A stretch of DNA of 64,000 nucleotides, from the NCBI GenBank assembly GCA_951406725.2, contig OX597819.1, forward strand, positions 41,974,001-42,038,000, written 5' to 3'. This stretch comes from Octopus vulgaris. Lineage: Eukaryota. The notes beneath the pieces are model-generated. The model did not search any database. It was not told where the DNA came from and worked only from the letters and a program-made list of their open reading frames with translations. Each line of letters starts with the position of its first letter. The stretch's first letter is position 1. The translations under genes were made by a program, and so were the position numbers. This document shows, piece after piece, positions 1 to 12,462 of the stretch.

Positions 1-792
1 CACTGTCTTTGCTTCAAATAATTTTTTAAAAAACAATGATGAATTCAACTTTTTTTCAAGGTGATGTTTGGAACATAAATGAACATGAAATTTCAAAGAA
101 AGGTTTCTTTTTTTTTTTCTAAATTTAGATCACATTAAAATAGGAAGTTTGTAACCTAGAATCTTGTGCAGTCTCAAGCAGGTTGGTATTGAAAGGGTTA
201 AACTGATCCTGGAATAATTGAGTTAATGTGGGATACATTGCTGTTTGACTCAATTTCATTAACAGTACCTGATATAATATATCAAGGTTTGTGTAATTAG
301 AAGGCAGATAGGTGAATGAAAAACATATGCGACAATTAGCTTGAGAAGTTGATAGTTTATCTCTTATCCCTGCATCTTATGGTGGCCAAATGACAATTCT
401 CAGTTAGCCAAGACTAGTTAGTAGCAGTAAATAGGCACCATAAAGCAATGCCAATGCTGTAATGATGACCATTTTATTGATAAGTAGTACTGAGTTCAAT
501 TCTATGTTATAGACTGGCATATTAATTAAGAAGTGGAGAGTGGGTGTCTCATTCATTTTAATGTCTAGGAAACAGAGATACTCCTGCCCAGTAGACATCA
601 AAGATCTATGAAAAGAGTTTCAATACACATGCCTTGTCAAATGTTCACTCCTCATTTTTTCATAAAATTGCATGTTTAACGAAGATACAAGTTAGAGATA
701 TCTACGACACGTGTTGGTTTGTATTACATCATATTGCCAGGATACATATGTTTCCAACTGGAGGAAACCCTTTCTTTCAATTCCATGTAGAT

Positions 793-1111
793 CAGCGTTT
801 CTCAACCAGGGTTCTGCAAAAGTTTCTTAGGGGTCCCCCAGAAAGACAGAGATAAGCTAATGCTAATTTCAGAATCATAATATTACTATACATACACAAC
901 ATAGTTATATAGACATCCTATCTAACCAATTATGTTATCAATAACATAACAACTATCTATCTATATATGTGTGTATGTATGTATATATATATATATATAT
1001 ATATTTATTTACCACATGAACGATGATGAAAACAATATGAGAAAGATATTTTTTTGAGACATGTAATTTATTTTAAGGGTTATGCAAGGGTAAAAAGGTG
1101 GAGAAACACTG
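793..1111. mobile_element. hAT (Charlie-like) MITE
   Basis: TIRs CAGCGTTTCTCAACC ... GGTGGAGAAACACTG; degenerate 8-bp flanks ATGTAGAT/GTCTAGAC resembling the NTCTAGAN target. Confidence 0.6.
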
Positions 1112-1212
1112 GTCTAGACAGATGGTACTGGATAGTTGGTTTTTGTTTTGAGTACAATGCTGCTAACACCTGACCCTGCCTACCGCAGGGGCCAGAACCG
1201 TAACATGCCTAA

Positions 1213-4200
1213 ATGCTTGAATGTTGTCAGGTCAGAAGAGAGATCAGACGAAAATGCCTAAAAATCGATCACCGCCACCACAACAACCCTCTTCTTTTCA
1301 GGCGCCGAATTGCACCCCTCCCCCCCCACATCTCCTTCCCAGTTTTCAGAGTTGGCACTGTCAATGTTGGTACACTGAAAGGTAGGTCTAGTGAGATTGT
1401 AGAGATGCTTGAGAGAAGACGGGTTGATGTATGCTGCATACAAGAGGTAAGGTCGAGAGGTGCTTCAGCTAGGGTCCTCACAGGCAAGGCACATAGGTAT
1501 AAAGTCTTCTGGCAAGGTAACATGGATGGGGTAGGGGGTGTAGGCATTCTCCTTGCGGAGAAATGGGTGGATAAGGTCATAGAGGTTGTCAGGGTTTGCG
1601 ATAGAGTGCTTAAGCTCAGGTTAGTCCTACAGAGTGGCACAGCTACGATTATCTCCGCCTATGCCCCACAAGTGGGGCTACCAAATGATCAGAAGGACTA
1701 CTTTTATGATACCCTTCTACAGGCTACCTCAAAGACTAGTGGCAAGGACCTCATCTTTGTGGGTGGAGACTTTAATGGGCATGTTAGGCAGGAATCGGGT
1801 ATCTTAACTGGGGTTCACGGTGGCCATGGTATTGGCACCAGAAATGATGAGGGAACTAGACTACTGGAATTCTGTGATGCATGTAACCTTTTAATCTGCA
1901 ACACTAACTTCAGGAAGCCTGACTGCCACCTTATAACTTATCAGTCAGGGGACTCCGCGAGCCAAATAGACTTCATCCTCACCAGACAGTGGGATGCAGG
2001 GTCGCTCTTAAATACAAAGACCCTCCCAGGTGAAGAGTGTATCCCTCAGCATAGGCTAATAATTAGTGACTTTAGGCTTGAGGCCAGAAGGACTCCAAGA
2101 AACAGACCAATCCAGAAAAGAAGGATTTGGAAGCTAAAGAACCCTTCACATGGTCAGAGACTTAGGGACATCCTCATCAAGAAATTTGATGAGAGGGAGG
2201 AGGAGCTACAGACGTCGGACATAGAAGGTAGCTGGAAATTCCTACGGGACAACTTGCTGAGTGCCACAGACCAAGTCTGTGGATGGTGCAAAGTTCCTTC
2301 CAGACCTAGAGTTACGTGGTGGTGGAATAGTGCAGTAGACAAAGCCATTAGTTCAAAGAAACAGGCCTGGAGAGCCTGGAAGGATGGAGGTAGCAGGGAA
2401 CCGTACCAAGTAGCCAAAAGGGAGACCGGGCGGCAGGTATACATAGCCAAAGATATAGCAGAAAAGAAGAAGTTTGCCAATGTCCAGCGACGTGAGGACC
2501 AAAGAACTGAGGTATTTCGTATTGCTAGACAGTGTGTGAGAGAAAATAGGATGTTACAGGAGAGAAATGTGTCCGCATGGATGATGGGGCACTTGCTTTT
2601 AATGTTGGTGAAAAGAAAGAGGCTTGGAGAAGCCATTATGAAAGACTGCTGAATGTGGAGAATGAATGGGAGGAGGAGAGCCTGCCAAATGTTGACCCAG
2701 TAGAGGGACCAGCTATCCAAATAGACAGCTCCCTTGTAGTTAAGGCAATTAAGGATATGAAACCAGGTAAAGCCCCCGGCCCATCAGGTATCACTGCTGA
2801 GATGCTTAAAACAGCTGGTTATGTGGGCTATGGCCTAGTCACCCGTATTGTTAACCAGGTAGTTCATAGTGGAGTCATACCCAATGACTGGCGTAGCAGC
2901 ACCATAGTCAACTGCTACAAGGGTAAGGGTGATGCTCTAGATAGAAATAACTACAGGGGTATTAAACTGTTGGATCAGGTGATGAAGGTCACAGAGAGGG
3001 TCATAACCCATCTCATTAGGGAGAGAATTTGCTTAGATGAGATGCAGTTCGGTTTTGTGCCGGGTAGAAGCACCACTGATGCTATATTCCTGGTCCGACA
3101 ACTGCAGGAGAAGTACCTAGCTAAAGATAAACCCCTCTACATAGCTTTTGTGGACTTGGAGAAAGCCTTTGACAGGGTTCCCCGATCCCTTATCTGGTGG
3201 TCGATGCGGAAACTGGAGATTGACGAATGGCTAATAAGGGCTGTACAGGCTCTATACAGAGAGGCTGTCAGCAAGGTTAGGATTGGCAACGAATATAGTG
3301 AAGAATTCCAGGTAGAAGTAGGTGTACACCAGGGCTCAGCCCTCAGTCCCCTTTTATTCATCATATTCAGGCAATAACAGAGGAATTCAAAACAGGTTGC
3401 CCCTGGGAGCTCCTCTATGCTGATGACCTGGCCCTCATAGCAGAATCACTACCGGAACTAAAAAAGAAATTTCGGGTGTGGAAACAAGGGTTAGAATCAA
3501 AGGGCCTTAGAGTAAATGTAGCGAAGACCAAAGTTATATTATGCAGAAAGGCAAACTCAGCACACACCCCATCGGGCAGGTGGCCCTGCTCGAGCTGTAG
3601 GAAAGGTGTAGGTAGAAACTCCATAAGATGCACCCAGTGTAAGCTATGGACGCATAAGAGGTGCAGCAACATCAAAGGGAAATTAACTGATAAGATAGCT
3701 TTCATGTGCGGCAGATGCACAGGGACAATAGACACCACAAATACTCAGAAAACAGATTCCATCACACTCCAGGGGGAGAAACTAGAAGTAGTTGATAGTT
3801 TCCGCTACCTGGGTGACCAAGTTAGTAGTGGGGGCGGATGCTCAGAAAGTGTCACCACTAGAATACGAATAGCCTGGGCAAAGTTTAGAAAGCTCCTACC
3901 CCTACTGGCGACAAAGGATCTCTCACTCAAAGTGAAAGGTAGATTGTATGATGCATGTGTGCGAACCGCCATGCTTCACGGCAGTGAAACATGGGCCGTG
4001 ACTGCAGAGGACATGCGTAGACTTGAAAGAAATGAAGCTAGCATGATCCGCTGGATGTGTAATGTCAGTGTGAATGCACGACAGAGTGTAAGCACCCTGA
4101 GAGAAATGCTAGGCATAAGAAGCATCAGATGCGGTGTGCAAGAGCGACGCTTGCGATGGTATGGTCATGTACTGCGGATGGATGAGGAGAGATGTGTGAA

Positions 4201-4387
4201 GAAGTGCCACTCCTGAACAGTTGAAGGAATCAGGGGGAGAGGTAGACCCAGGAAGACATGGGATGAGGTAGTCAAGCATGACCTCAGAGCGTTGGGCCTC
4301 ACTGAGGCAATGGCGAAGGACCGAGATCTCTGGAGATGTGCTGTGACTACTAAGACCCGGGATGCTTCCGGCACCAGTTCCGCATAG
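1213..4387 (+). pseudogene. Disrupted RTE ORF (endonuclease - reverse transcriptase - PHD finger)
   Basis: ORF-track pieces 1213-2652, 2577-3377 and 3476-4216 join via frameshifts near 2550 and 3368; in-frame TGA at 4214-4216 is followed by TVEGIRGRGRPRKTWDEVV... to TAG at 4385-4387. Confidence 0.9.
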
Positions 4388-4510
4388 CCCCTGCCCATTC
4401 AAAGTACCTTGGATCCTGGAACATCTCACTGTGCTTGAGGAGACCTGTTGAGTCAAGTGCATGTACATGAACATCGAACCAAATATCAATGGAAACAGTA
4501 GTTGTGATAC

Positions 4511-4800
4511 CTGTGCCGGTGGCACATAAAAAGCACCATCCGAACGTGGCCGTTGCCAGTGCCGCCTCGACTGGCTTCTGTGCAGTGGCACATAAAAAGC
4601 ACCATCCGAACGTGACCGATGCCAACCCCGCCTGGAATGGCTTCTGTGCCGGTGGCACATAAAAAGCACCATCCGAACGTGGCCGATGCCAGCACCGCCT
4701 CGACTGGCTTCTGTGCCGGTGGCATATAAAAAGCACCAACCGATAGTGGCCGATGCCAGACCCCTCTGGCACCTGTGCAGGTGGCACGTAAAAAGCACCC
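4511..4800 (+). repeat. ~67-bp tandem array in the RTE 3' UTR (about 4.5 units)
   Basis: Units start at 4511, 4578, 4644, 4711, 4773; core CTGTGCCGGTGGCACATAAAAAGCACC. Confidence 0.9.
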
Positions 4801-5496
4801 ACTACACTCGCGGAGTGGTTGGCGTTAGGAAGGGCATCCAGCTGTAGAAACACTGCCAGATCAGACTGGAGCCTGGAGCAGCCCCTGGCTCCCCAGACCC
4901 CAGTCGAACCGTCCAACCCGTGCTAGCACGGAAAAAGGACGTTAAGCGATGATGATGATGAATTTACTTGCCTTACTCATGGGTGCTTTTGAGAGACATC
5001 TAAACAGTGTCTGATTAAAAATGCAGAGACCTGGAGTACATACTATAAGGCATCCAGTCGGACATCCTTATAGTTCTATCAATTCATGCTCCTGGTTTGG
5101 AGTTTTTTTTTCATCAACACCAAAAGGATAAAACACAAAATTGCTCTTGCACCAGATGCTTTTTATGTGGCACTGGTACTTTTTACATGGAACCAGCACC
5201 ATGAATAAAAAGAAAACTATCTAAAATGAAATTTTAGTCCAAAAAATAAAAAACTGTAGACACAGCTAATCCACAAGTTGTAAAATGATGACGATCATCA
5301 TCATTTAATGTTTGCGTTCCATGCTGGCATAACAAACTTCATTCTTGATTTCAAAGTGGATATTTTATGGTGATTCCTTGTTTGTCAACAGTCAATGAAT
5401 TCACAAGATTAATATTTATGCTAATGTGAAGATAGAGTGTAAATATGCCTTGTGAAAATAACTAGGTAGTGTTAATATGTCTTGACATTTTTATTT

Positions 5497-5660
5497 AGCC
5501 ACACCTGGTTGTATAGTTAAGAAGTTTATTTCATAACTACATGGTAGTGTATTCAGTCCCATTCCATAGTACCTTGAGCAATTGTTTTCTGCTATAGCTC
5601 CAGGTCAACTAATGCTTTGTAACTGAATTTGGTAGACAGAAACTGGAGGAAACTCATTAC
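5497..5660 (+). mobile_element. tRNA-derived SINE family A, 5' fragment
   Basis: Matches the ...TTCAGTCCCA...CCTTGAGCAA...GAATTTGGTAGACAGAAACTG head shared by many copies in the window. Confidence 0.55.
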
Positions 5661-6161
5661 ATAATTGCCTTAAATTGTGTTACAAAAGTCCTGGAACAGA
5701 TATGGAGAGCTACAATTTGCAGTGGTATTAGAGATTTTAAGCTTGATAGAGAAATAAAAAGAAAATTTAATAAAAATGAGATTAATATCTATAGCATTGC
5801 GAGAGTTTCTCATCCCTTCTTTAAATGTTCTTTATGCACAAAAGTATGTATATCTCATGCTGGTATGAGATCACATCAGCATGCTTATGTGGATAAGGCA
5901 TACATCGACTATTGGAATCTCATTCTGGATGACCTGTTTCTATGCCAATTCTGTCAAAAAAACAGGTCACATAGAAGATTGAAGTGACACTTGAACATTC
6001 ATAATAGATGAGCACAAAATGGAACCAATGCTGCAGTGTATGTGATCAGCTCTTCAAACACCTTTCAAGGCTCAAAAGCCATGCAAGACCTCAAGCTAGG
6101 AAAGAGCAATTATAAGTACAAGAAGTCAAGCGCTGCATGGAGCAGATAGCCACTCTGTGTG

Positions 6162-6164
<3 letters not shown>

Positions 6165-6229
<65 letters not shown>
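6165..6229. repeat. (GA)n microsatellite
   Basis: Perfect GA run of ~65 bp. Confidence 0.98.
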
Positions 6230-6230
<1 letters not shown>

Positions 6231-6261
6231 ACAGAAGTGTTTAAATCTCTTTTTCTTATTT

Positions 6262-6617
6262 TTTACTTGTTTCAGTCATCACACTGTAGTATGCTGGAGT
6301 TCTGCTCTGAAGAATTTTAGTTGAATGAATTGGCCTCATTACATTTCTTTTTAAAGTCTGGTATTTACTCTATTGGTCTCTCTTGCTGAACTACTAATTA
6401 TGGGGATGTAAACAAACCAATACCAGATGTCAAGTGGTGGTGGGACAAAAGCAGACAAAGGCACACACACAGGCTTTTCATAGTTTCCATCTACCAAATT
6501 CACTCACAACGCTTTGGTTGGCCCGAGGCTATAGAAGACATTTGCCCAAGGTGCCATGCAGTAGGACTGAACCCAGAACCATGTGGTTGGGAAGCAAACT
6601 TCTTGCCATGCCTGCAC
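6262..6617 (-). mobile_element. tRNA-derived SINE family A
   Basis: Alignable by eye with copies at 24670-25040 and 38825-39245. Confidence 0.8.
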
Positions 6618-8147
6618 CTGACTGTTGACATTTCACAGATTCATTTGAGTGAAATGTTAAAATATGCTAACATTCTTTCATGACTTTGTGACCATACACT
6701 TTCAAAGACCTGTGAATAAAAAAAAATCTCTTGCATGAAAAACAGATAAAGGTTGGCAACAGGAAGAGCATCTGGTTGTAAAATCTTACTCCAATCATGT
6801 CACTTTCCATCCCATGCTAGTCAGGAGAAAAAGCATGTTGAACAGTGGAATAAACAATCCAACTTAGAGAGCAGTAAATTAATGCAGGTAAGTTTTCTCA
6901 CAGAACAACCAAATGCAATCTTTAGTAATGAATGAGCCCCAAAACTCACATTTACATTATTCAGTTACCACATATTACCACATATTTAAAGGAGCAAGGA
7001 AAAAAAAGTCATTTCAATGAACAACAATAATAAAATCAACATATTTATTAACTATTATTCTCAGAAAAGTCTTTAATTGGTCAACTGCTCTTGTTACAAG
7101 GTTCATATAAACTTTCGAAAGAGACCAGAGAGTGGGGGAAAAAACTTATCTGATGTGAGGGAATTCACTTCTGCTGTCATATTCTTCTGAATGTCAACAA
7201 TTGTGTCAAATCAGCGACCTCCTAACTCTATTGATATTTTAATTTTTTTTATTTTTTTGTTATTCCAGCCGTATCCATATTGGTGAGTGTAATGTTTTTA
7301 TTATTTATTTATTTGTAAAACAAAGTTAACATAAAATTTCATGCCAACATATCTCCAATTTCAGGACTAGAGGTTATGAAATAATTTACAGAAAAAAACA
7401 AAGCACAATTATTATTTTTTTTTTTTTTCATACAATACATTACTGTTAATTAATAGGCAATCAAGAGGCACAATTACTGTAGGGGTTAAAGTACTGCACT
7501 ATTGACTATATGGTGATGAATTCAAACCATACTACAGTCAATGAGTTACACCCCTGGGCAAAGCATATGACACTGCTTGCCTCAGACTGCCTGGCTGACA
7601 ACTAGTTCCTCTCCTACTTCATAGTGGAGTGCTTAGTTAAAACAGCTGCTCTAATAAAAAAAATAAATAAATAAATAAATAAAAAAATCATCTTATTCAT
7701 GCTAGCATGGAAACAATGGCTAGAAAAGATAATCTAAAAATGATACTATCAACTCACCTGGTCAGAGTTAACAAAGATACCAATACCATCTACAATGTGC
7801 AGTAACAATTGTACTGCTATAAAACTATGCTTAAAAGTGGTTCTAGTTTACTTAAGAATCACAGATATCTTGCAGCCACATGAGTTAGGGAGGAAAAGGA
7901 ATGTGCAGAACATATACGTTAGTACCTTTAAATCTGTATATATAAATATATATATATAGCAATAGGTGTACATAGTACTACCATGAAAAACAGTGTATGT
8001 AGATTGGCTAATTATTGCTGTTAATGAAACAGTTAACAAAATCATAGATTGCCTGAAAATTCATAATGCTAGATATAAGAATTTCTGAATAAGATAATGC
8101 AATGACACATGAATGTGTGTGCATGAGTGTGGTGTATATATGTATTT

Positions 8148-8345
8148 CATCATCATTTAACGTCCATGTTCCATGCTGGCATGGGTTGGACGGTTTAACA
8201 GGATCCGATGAGCACAAGGACTGCATTGTGCTCCAGTGTCTGCCTTGGCATGGTTTCTATAGTTGGACACCCTTCCTAATGCCAACAACTTTATAGCGTG
8301 CATGGAGTGCTTTTTTTGTGCTTCCAGCACTAGTGAGGCCATCAT
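8148..8345 (-). mobile_element. RTE 3'-end fragment / RTE-tailed SINE
   Basis: (CAT)n TTTAACGTCC...CCATGCTGGCATGGGTTGGACGG is the reverse complement of the RTE 3' end at 4900-4960. Confidence 0.75.
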
Positions 8346-8626
8346 ACAATTTGTAAGATTACAAACCTCAAGAGGGCAACTTTATGCCAACAGATGAGAG
8401 TGAAAAGATGAATTAAAGTGTTTGAAAGGGGACCACACACACACACGCACAATGAATTTACATTCCCTGTCAATAAACCATCCTCAAGCTCTGCACTTTT
8501 GTAGAATAAAAATTTCCTCTTATTTGATAAGCAAATAAGGGTTACTGACAGGAAGGGCATCTGGCTATAAAACAATGCCTCAATAATATGCATTCATCCA
8601 TCCCATGCCAGCACGGAAAAATGGAC

Positions 8627-8665
<39 letters not shown>

Positions 8666-10623
8666 AGGTATCAATCAAAAACTAAGTTAAAAAAAATACC
8701 TGGGCTACATTTATATATGTATATAAGTTATGTAATAAAGGCTTCTGTTTCATGCATTTAAAAAATTTTTTAACAACTTACTGATAGAGAGGTATGTAAA
8801 ACCTTATTTCTTGTCAAGTTATCTTCTAGGGCAATTTATTTGCCAGTTTCTTAAGGCTGGCAGTCACTAGATTTACTGCAGTTGTTTCTGCTTCGGATAC
8901 TTAATCAAAACTTGTGATTTAAAGAAACATATTTAATTCATCAACTAACTTCATAAAGAGATTTTTGATTAATGTGCATAGAAACAATAGGGTACTTTTA
9001 TTATTATTATGGGAAATAAAAAGTAATACTCTAAATCAATAAATGAATTAGATATTATCACAGATTATGACAAAAAGAAAATTTCTGTTTCCTATAGCTA
9101 GCTAAAAGTTAATTAATGCTATTATTTTGATTATTTTAAACATTGAGACAGTTATACATATTTTCTGGAGAAAGAAAAATAACAGAATAAAAGGATGGAT
9201 AGAAAGAAACTAAAATGACCAAACTCCACTTTAATTATATACAAATTAAAATTAAAATAATGTTCTGCTTATACTTCAATTATTATTTGGTTTTATTACA
9301 ATATTCCAATATTGATAGAAATATAGAACAATGCTCCATGCAGATTAGTCCTATTTTAATGCTATATTCTTATAAAAGAAAAATTGCTATTTTTTTATTA
9401 TTATTTTTTACTAATTCTTATTTGATGTAGAACATGGGGGTGGATCAGGGGAAAGAAAACAGAAAAATGAATCTTTCCAGCATTTATTAATCATTTAAAA
9501 TTTTAAAAAAATTCTATGAAGTGTATGTACATAAATAAATTAAATTTAATAAATTAAAACAAGACAGGGGAGTATTGTTAAAAGAATTATAGAAATATTC
9601 CTGGATCACAACCTTATGTGTTGTGTAGATCATTTTTTTCCCCAAGCTGTTTGTTGAAGAGAGGAGTAATTGATAGGTGGGCGAAAACCTAACTTCATGG
9701 TATGAAGTAATTGTCAGCAAGAAAGCCAATCATTCACACAAAAAATAAAAAATTTTTTTTTAAAACTCAAAAAAAAAAAAAAAAAACTGCTGGTGTAGGT
9801 CTACATAGTAGACAGTACACAGTGACAGCAAGTGCAAAAATATCACCAACAAAGACTTGATCTTTGTGCAGCATCAGAAGGCTGTCTACCGAAAAATTGC
9901 TTGGCTTGGTATAAAAACTCAGATTGATGTCAGGAACACTTCAAAACTGACTATCTTGGCAAAAGAAAACAAAATTTACACATGGCTTCCCTTGATTAAT
10001 AATCTCAACTAATCAAAACAAAAAAGGTAAACCACACATTTTGCATAAAAGAGCCAAGCAAATTTTTAAAATTCATCTTAGATCAAATGCATTGTTAGAG
10101 TATATTTATATAAACAAACAAAACGATTAAAAACAAAACCCCAACTGTATAGCAATTAAAAAAAAAAAGTCCTAAAATTAAATTCTGAAAAAGATTTCAA
10201 TAAATTCCTTTCTCTAAAATACATATACTCAAGTGAAATTTTAGAGAAGTATATACACATTTAAAATTTATGACATAAAATTTGTAGTAGTAGTAGTAGT
10301 AGTAGAAGTAGTACTCACTGTAGAAGTAATAATAATTTTGATTGAAAAAATTTTAAATTGATTCATAAACATAAATGTTAGGAAACAATGACAATTTATT
10401 TTGGAAAAGAAAATATAATTTAGTCTACATTAAGACTTCCAACAAAATGTGATAATAGTAAACAATCAAATGTTATAGAAATCACTTGAAGAGCTGTAAA
10501 ACATGGACTTGAGGACTTTCACCTAAATGAAATGAGATTAACAGTATAGAGAATATAAATTTGGCATTCTTTAATATTATTTAAACACTCCCCCATAAAA
10601 AAAAACAGAAGAAAAAGGGAGAA

Positions 10624-10624
<1 letters not shown>

Positions 10625-10685
<61 letters not shown>
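10625..10685. repeat. (TA)n microsatellite in the presumptive 3' UTR
   Basis: Perfect TA run. Confidence 0.95.
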
Positions 10686-10688
<3 letters not shown>

Positions 10689-11345
10689 AGTTGAAGTAAA
10701 AGTAAATAATTTCCATTTTTACCTTTTCCTTTAATTTATACAATTTCAAGAACATTAAAAGATTAACAAAAAAAAAATGTGAAAAGAAAAAAAAAAGATG
10801 GAATATGTAATCTATTATGTCCTGATTCTTAAATCATCTTTGGTTATCGATAGAATGAAATAAGGGAGCAAATGAAATAAATAGAGAGAGAAAGAGAAAG
10901 CAGGAAAATGAGAGAGGGAGCCCAGCCAATGCTGGACATTAACATGCCTTACTTGCTTGTCTTCTCTGATGAAATGGTCTTAGCTTAATACTAACAATCA
11001 AAGTACATTTCCCAGAGCCATGAGCAGACTTCATAAAGAGCAAATTCAGAAATACAGCCTTCCTTCATTTACAGTGGACATTAGTTGCAAAAAGTGATTT
11101 TATGTCAAAACGGATTTGACATGAGTGTTTTTTTTTTTGAAATTTCTTTTAGGTTTGTTTTTGTTTATTTTTTTATTTATTTTTTTTTAAATAATAGCGT
11201 ATGTCTATACATAATTAATGTGGGATGTTTGTTGCCAGAGGTTCCAGTTTTGTACAACATTAACAAAAGTTATATAACTATCCTTCACACTGGCCAGATT
11301 AAAAAAAGTTAGTGGGTTAGGCCAAATAGGCACACTGCAGGAGTT

Positions 11346-11458
11346 TCAGCCTCCATACAAATTGTTTAGATGATTACATGAAGGAACTTCCATATTCATA
11401 GCTTTCTTATATAATTTTGAATCACCATAATTCTTTGCTCGCCAAATCAAAGTTTCTT
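11346..11458 (-). CDS. DNAJB12: DnaJ subfamily B member 12/14, last coding exon (KETLIWRAKNYGDSKLYKKAMNMEVPSCNHLNNLYGG*)
   Basis: Acceptor ccttttttgcag-type tract at 11459+, phase 1 matches the previous exon, DUF1977-type C-terminus, TGA at 11346-11348. Confidence 0.92.
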
Positions 11459-11759
11459 CTGCAAAAAGGAGAAAAAAATAAGAAAAATGTAAGAGATTTT
11501 TTAAAAGGATTGAAGAACTAAACAAAAAAAAATTATATTGTAGAATCTACTGAAAGAATTTACAATAGTTATAATCGATTCATATGATGACATGTTTAAA
11601 AATGAAATAAAGTAAAAACAACATTCTTTTAATTAAAACCCATAAAAATTCTATAAAATGAAATCAGAATGAATTCTGATATATACTAGGATCTTTATGA
11701 CCAAATAAAATTCTAGTGAAAGGTTTTATTCAATGATAAATTATAACTAATGATGATAA

Positions 11760-12100
11760 GGTATGGCTTTGCAACCACACGGTTTTGAATTCAGTCCCAC
11801 TGAACAGAATCTGGGGCAAGTGTCTTCAACGATTATAGCCTTGGGACGACCAATGCCTTGTGAGTGAATTTGGTAGATGGAAACCATGAGTGTCTGAGTA
11901 TTTGTCTGTTCCTCCTCCACTGCTTGACAACTGGTGTTAGTTTGCTTACATCCCATAACTTAGCAATTTAGTGCAAGAATAACTATCAAACTTTAGGAAA
12001 ATAAGTACTGGAGGGGGGGGGGTTGATCTGTTCAACTAAAACCCTTCAAAACAGTACCCCAGCATGCTTACAGTCTTATGACTGAATCAAGTAAAAGACA
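11760..12100 (+). mobile_element. tRNA-derived SINE family A
   Basis: Shared head and 3' body with other copies. Confidence 0.75.
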
Positions 12101-12298
12101 GATGATATAGGAGGGTTTAGATTTTGTCCACTCATGGCAACCTTAGAAGAAATAATTATTTAGATATGTAAAATGAACTTTAATAAAATAAAATATGAAC
12201 TTTAACAACCACCACCAAAAAATCCATTAAAAAAATCCCCCCAAAAACTAGCAAACAAACAAAATGTTCTCTTTCTAGTGAAAATGTCAAAAACTTAC

Positions 12299-12462
12299 TG
12301 TAACTTCTTTCTTTGAAACAACTGGTACGTAGATTTGAAACATATTCATCCTCTACTTGTCTCTCTATTCTCCGTAAATCATAATTGGAATCGATATGGA
12401 AATCGTCTTTCACAAAATATTGTACTTTAAGTTGATTTGTTTTCTTTTCATTTGAATATTTC
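12299..12462 (-). CDS. DNAJB12: DNAJB12/14 exon (KYSNEKKTNQLKVQYFVKDDF...IERQVEDEYVSNLRTSCFKERSY), luminal DUF1977 domain
   Basis: attctcag acceptor, GTAAGT donor, 164 bp phase 2 to 1; family-typical VEDEY-xx-NLR-xx-C-x-KE motif. Confidence 0.95.

Larger units (their letters stand above)
1150..4961 (+). mobile_element. Near full-length RTE-clade LINE retrotransposon
   Basis: APE endonuclease motifs (GTVNVGTL, CIQEVR, GGDFNGH, SQIDFIL, PQHRL), RT motifs (FVDLEKAFDRV, GVHQGSALSPLLF, YADD at ~3416), RTE C-terminus GRPRKTW, 3' UTR tandem array and (GAT)n tail at 4948-4961; 5' boundary approximate, no TSD found. Confidence 0.93.

Noticed and set aside
4109-4916. Minus-strand ORFs with repeated peptides; CRISPR-like look of the array
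   Set aside because: Antisense reading of the RTE 3' UTR tandem array; the inter-core segments are homologous to each other, not unique spacers, and the context is eukaryotic
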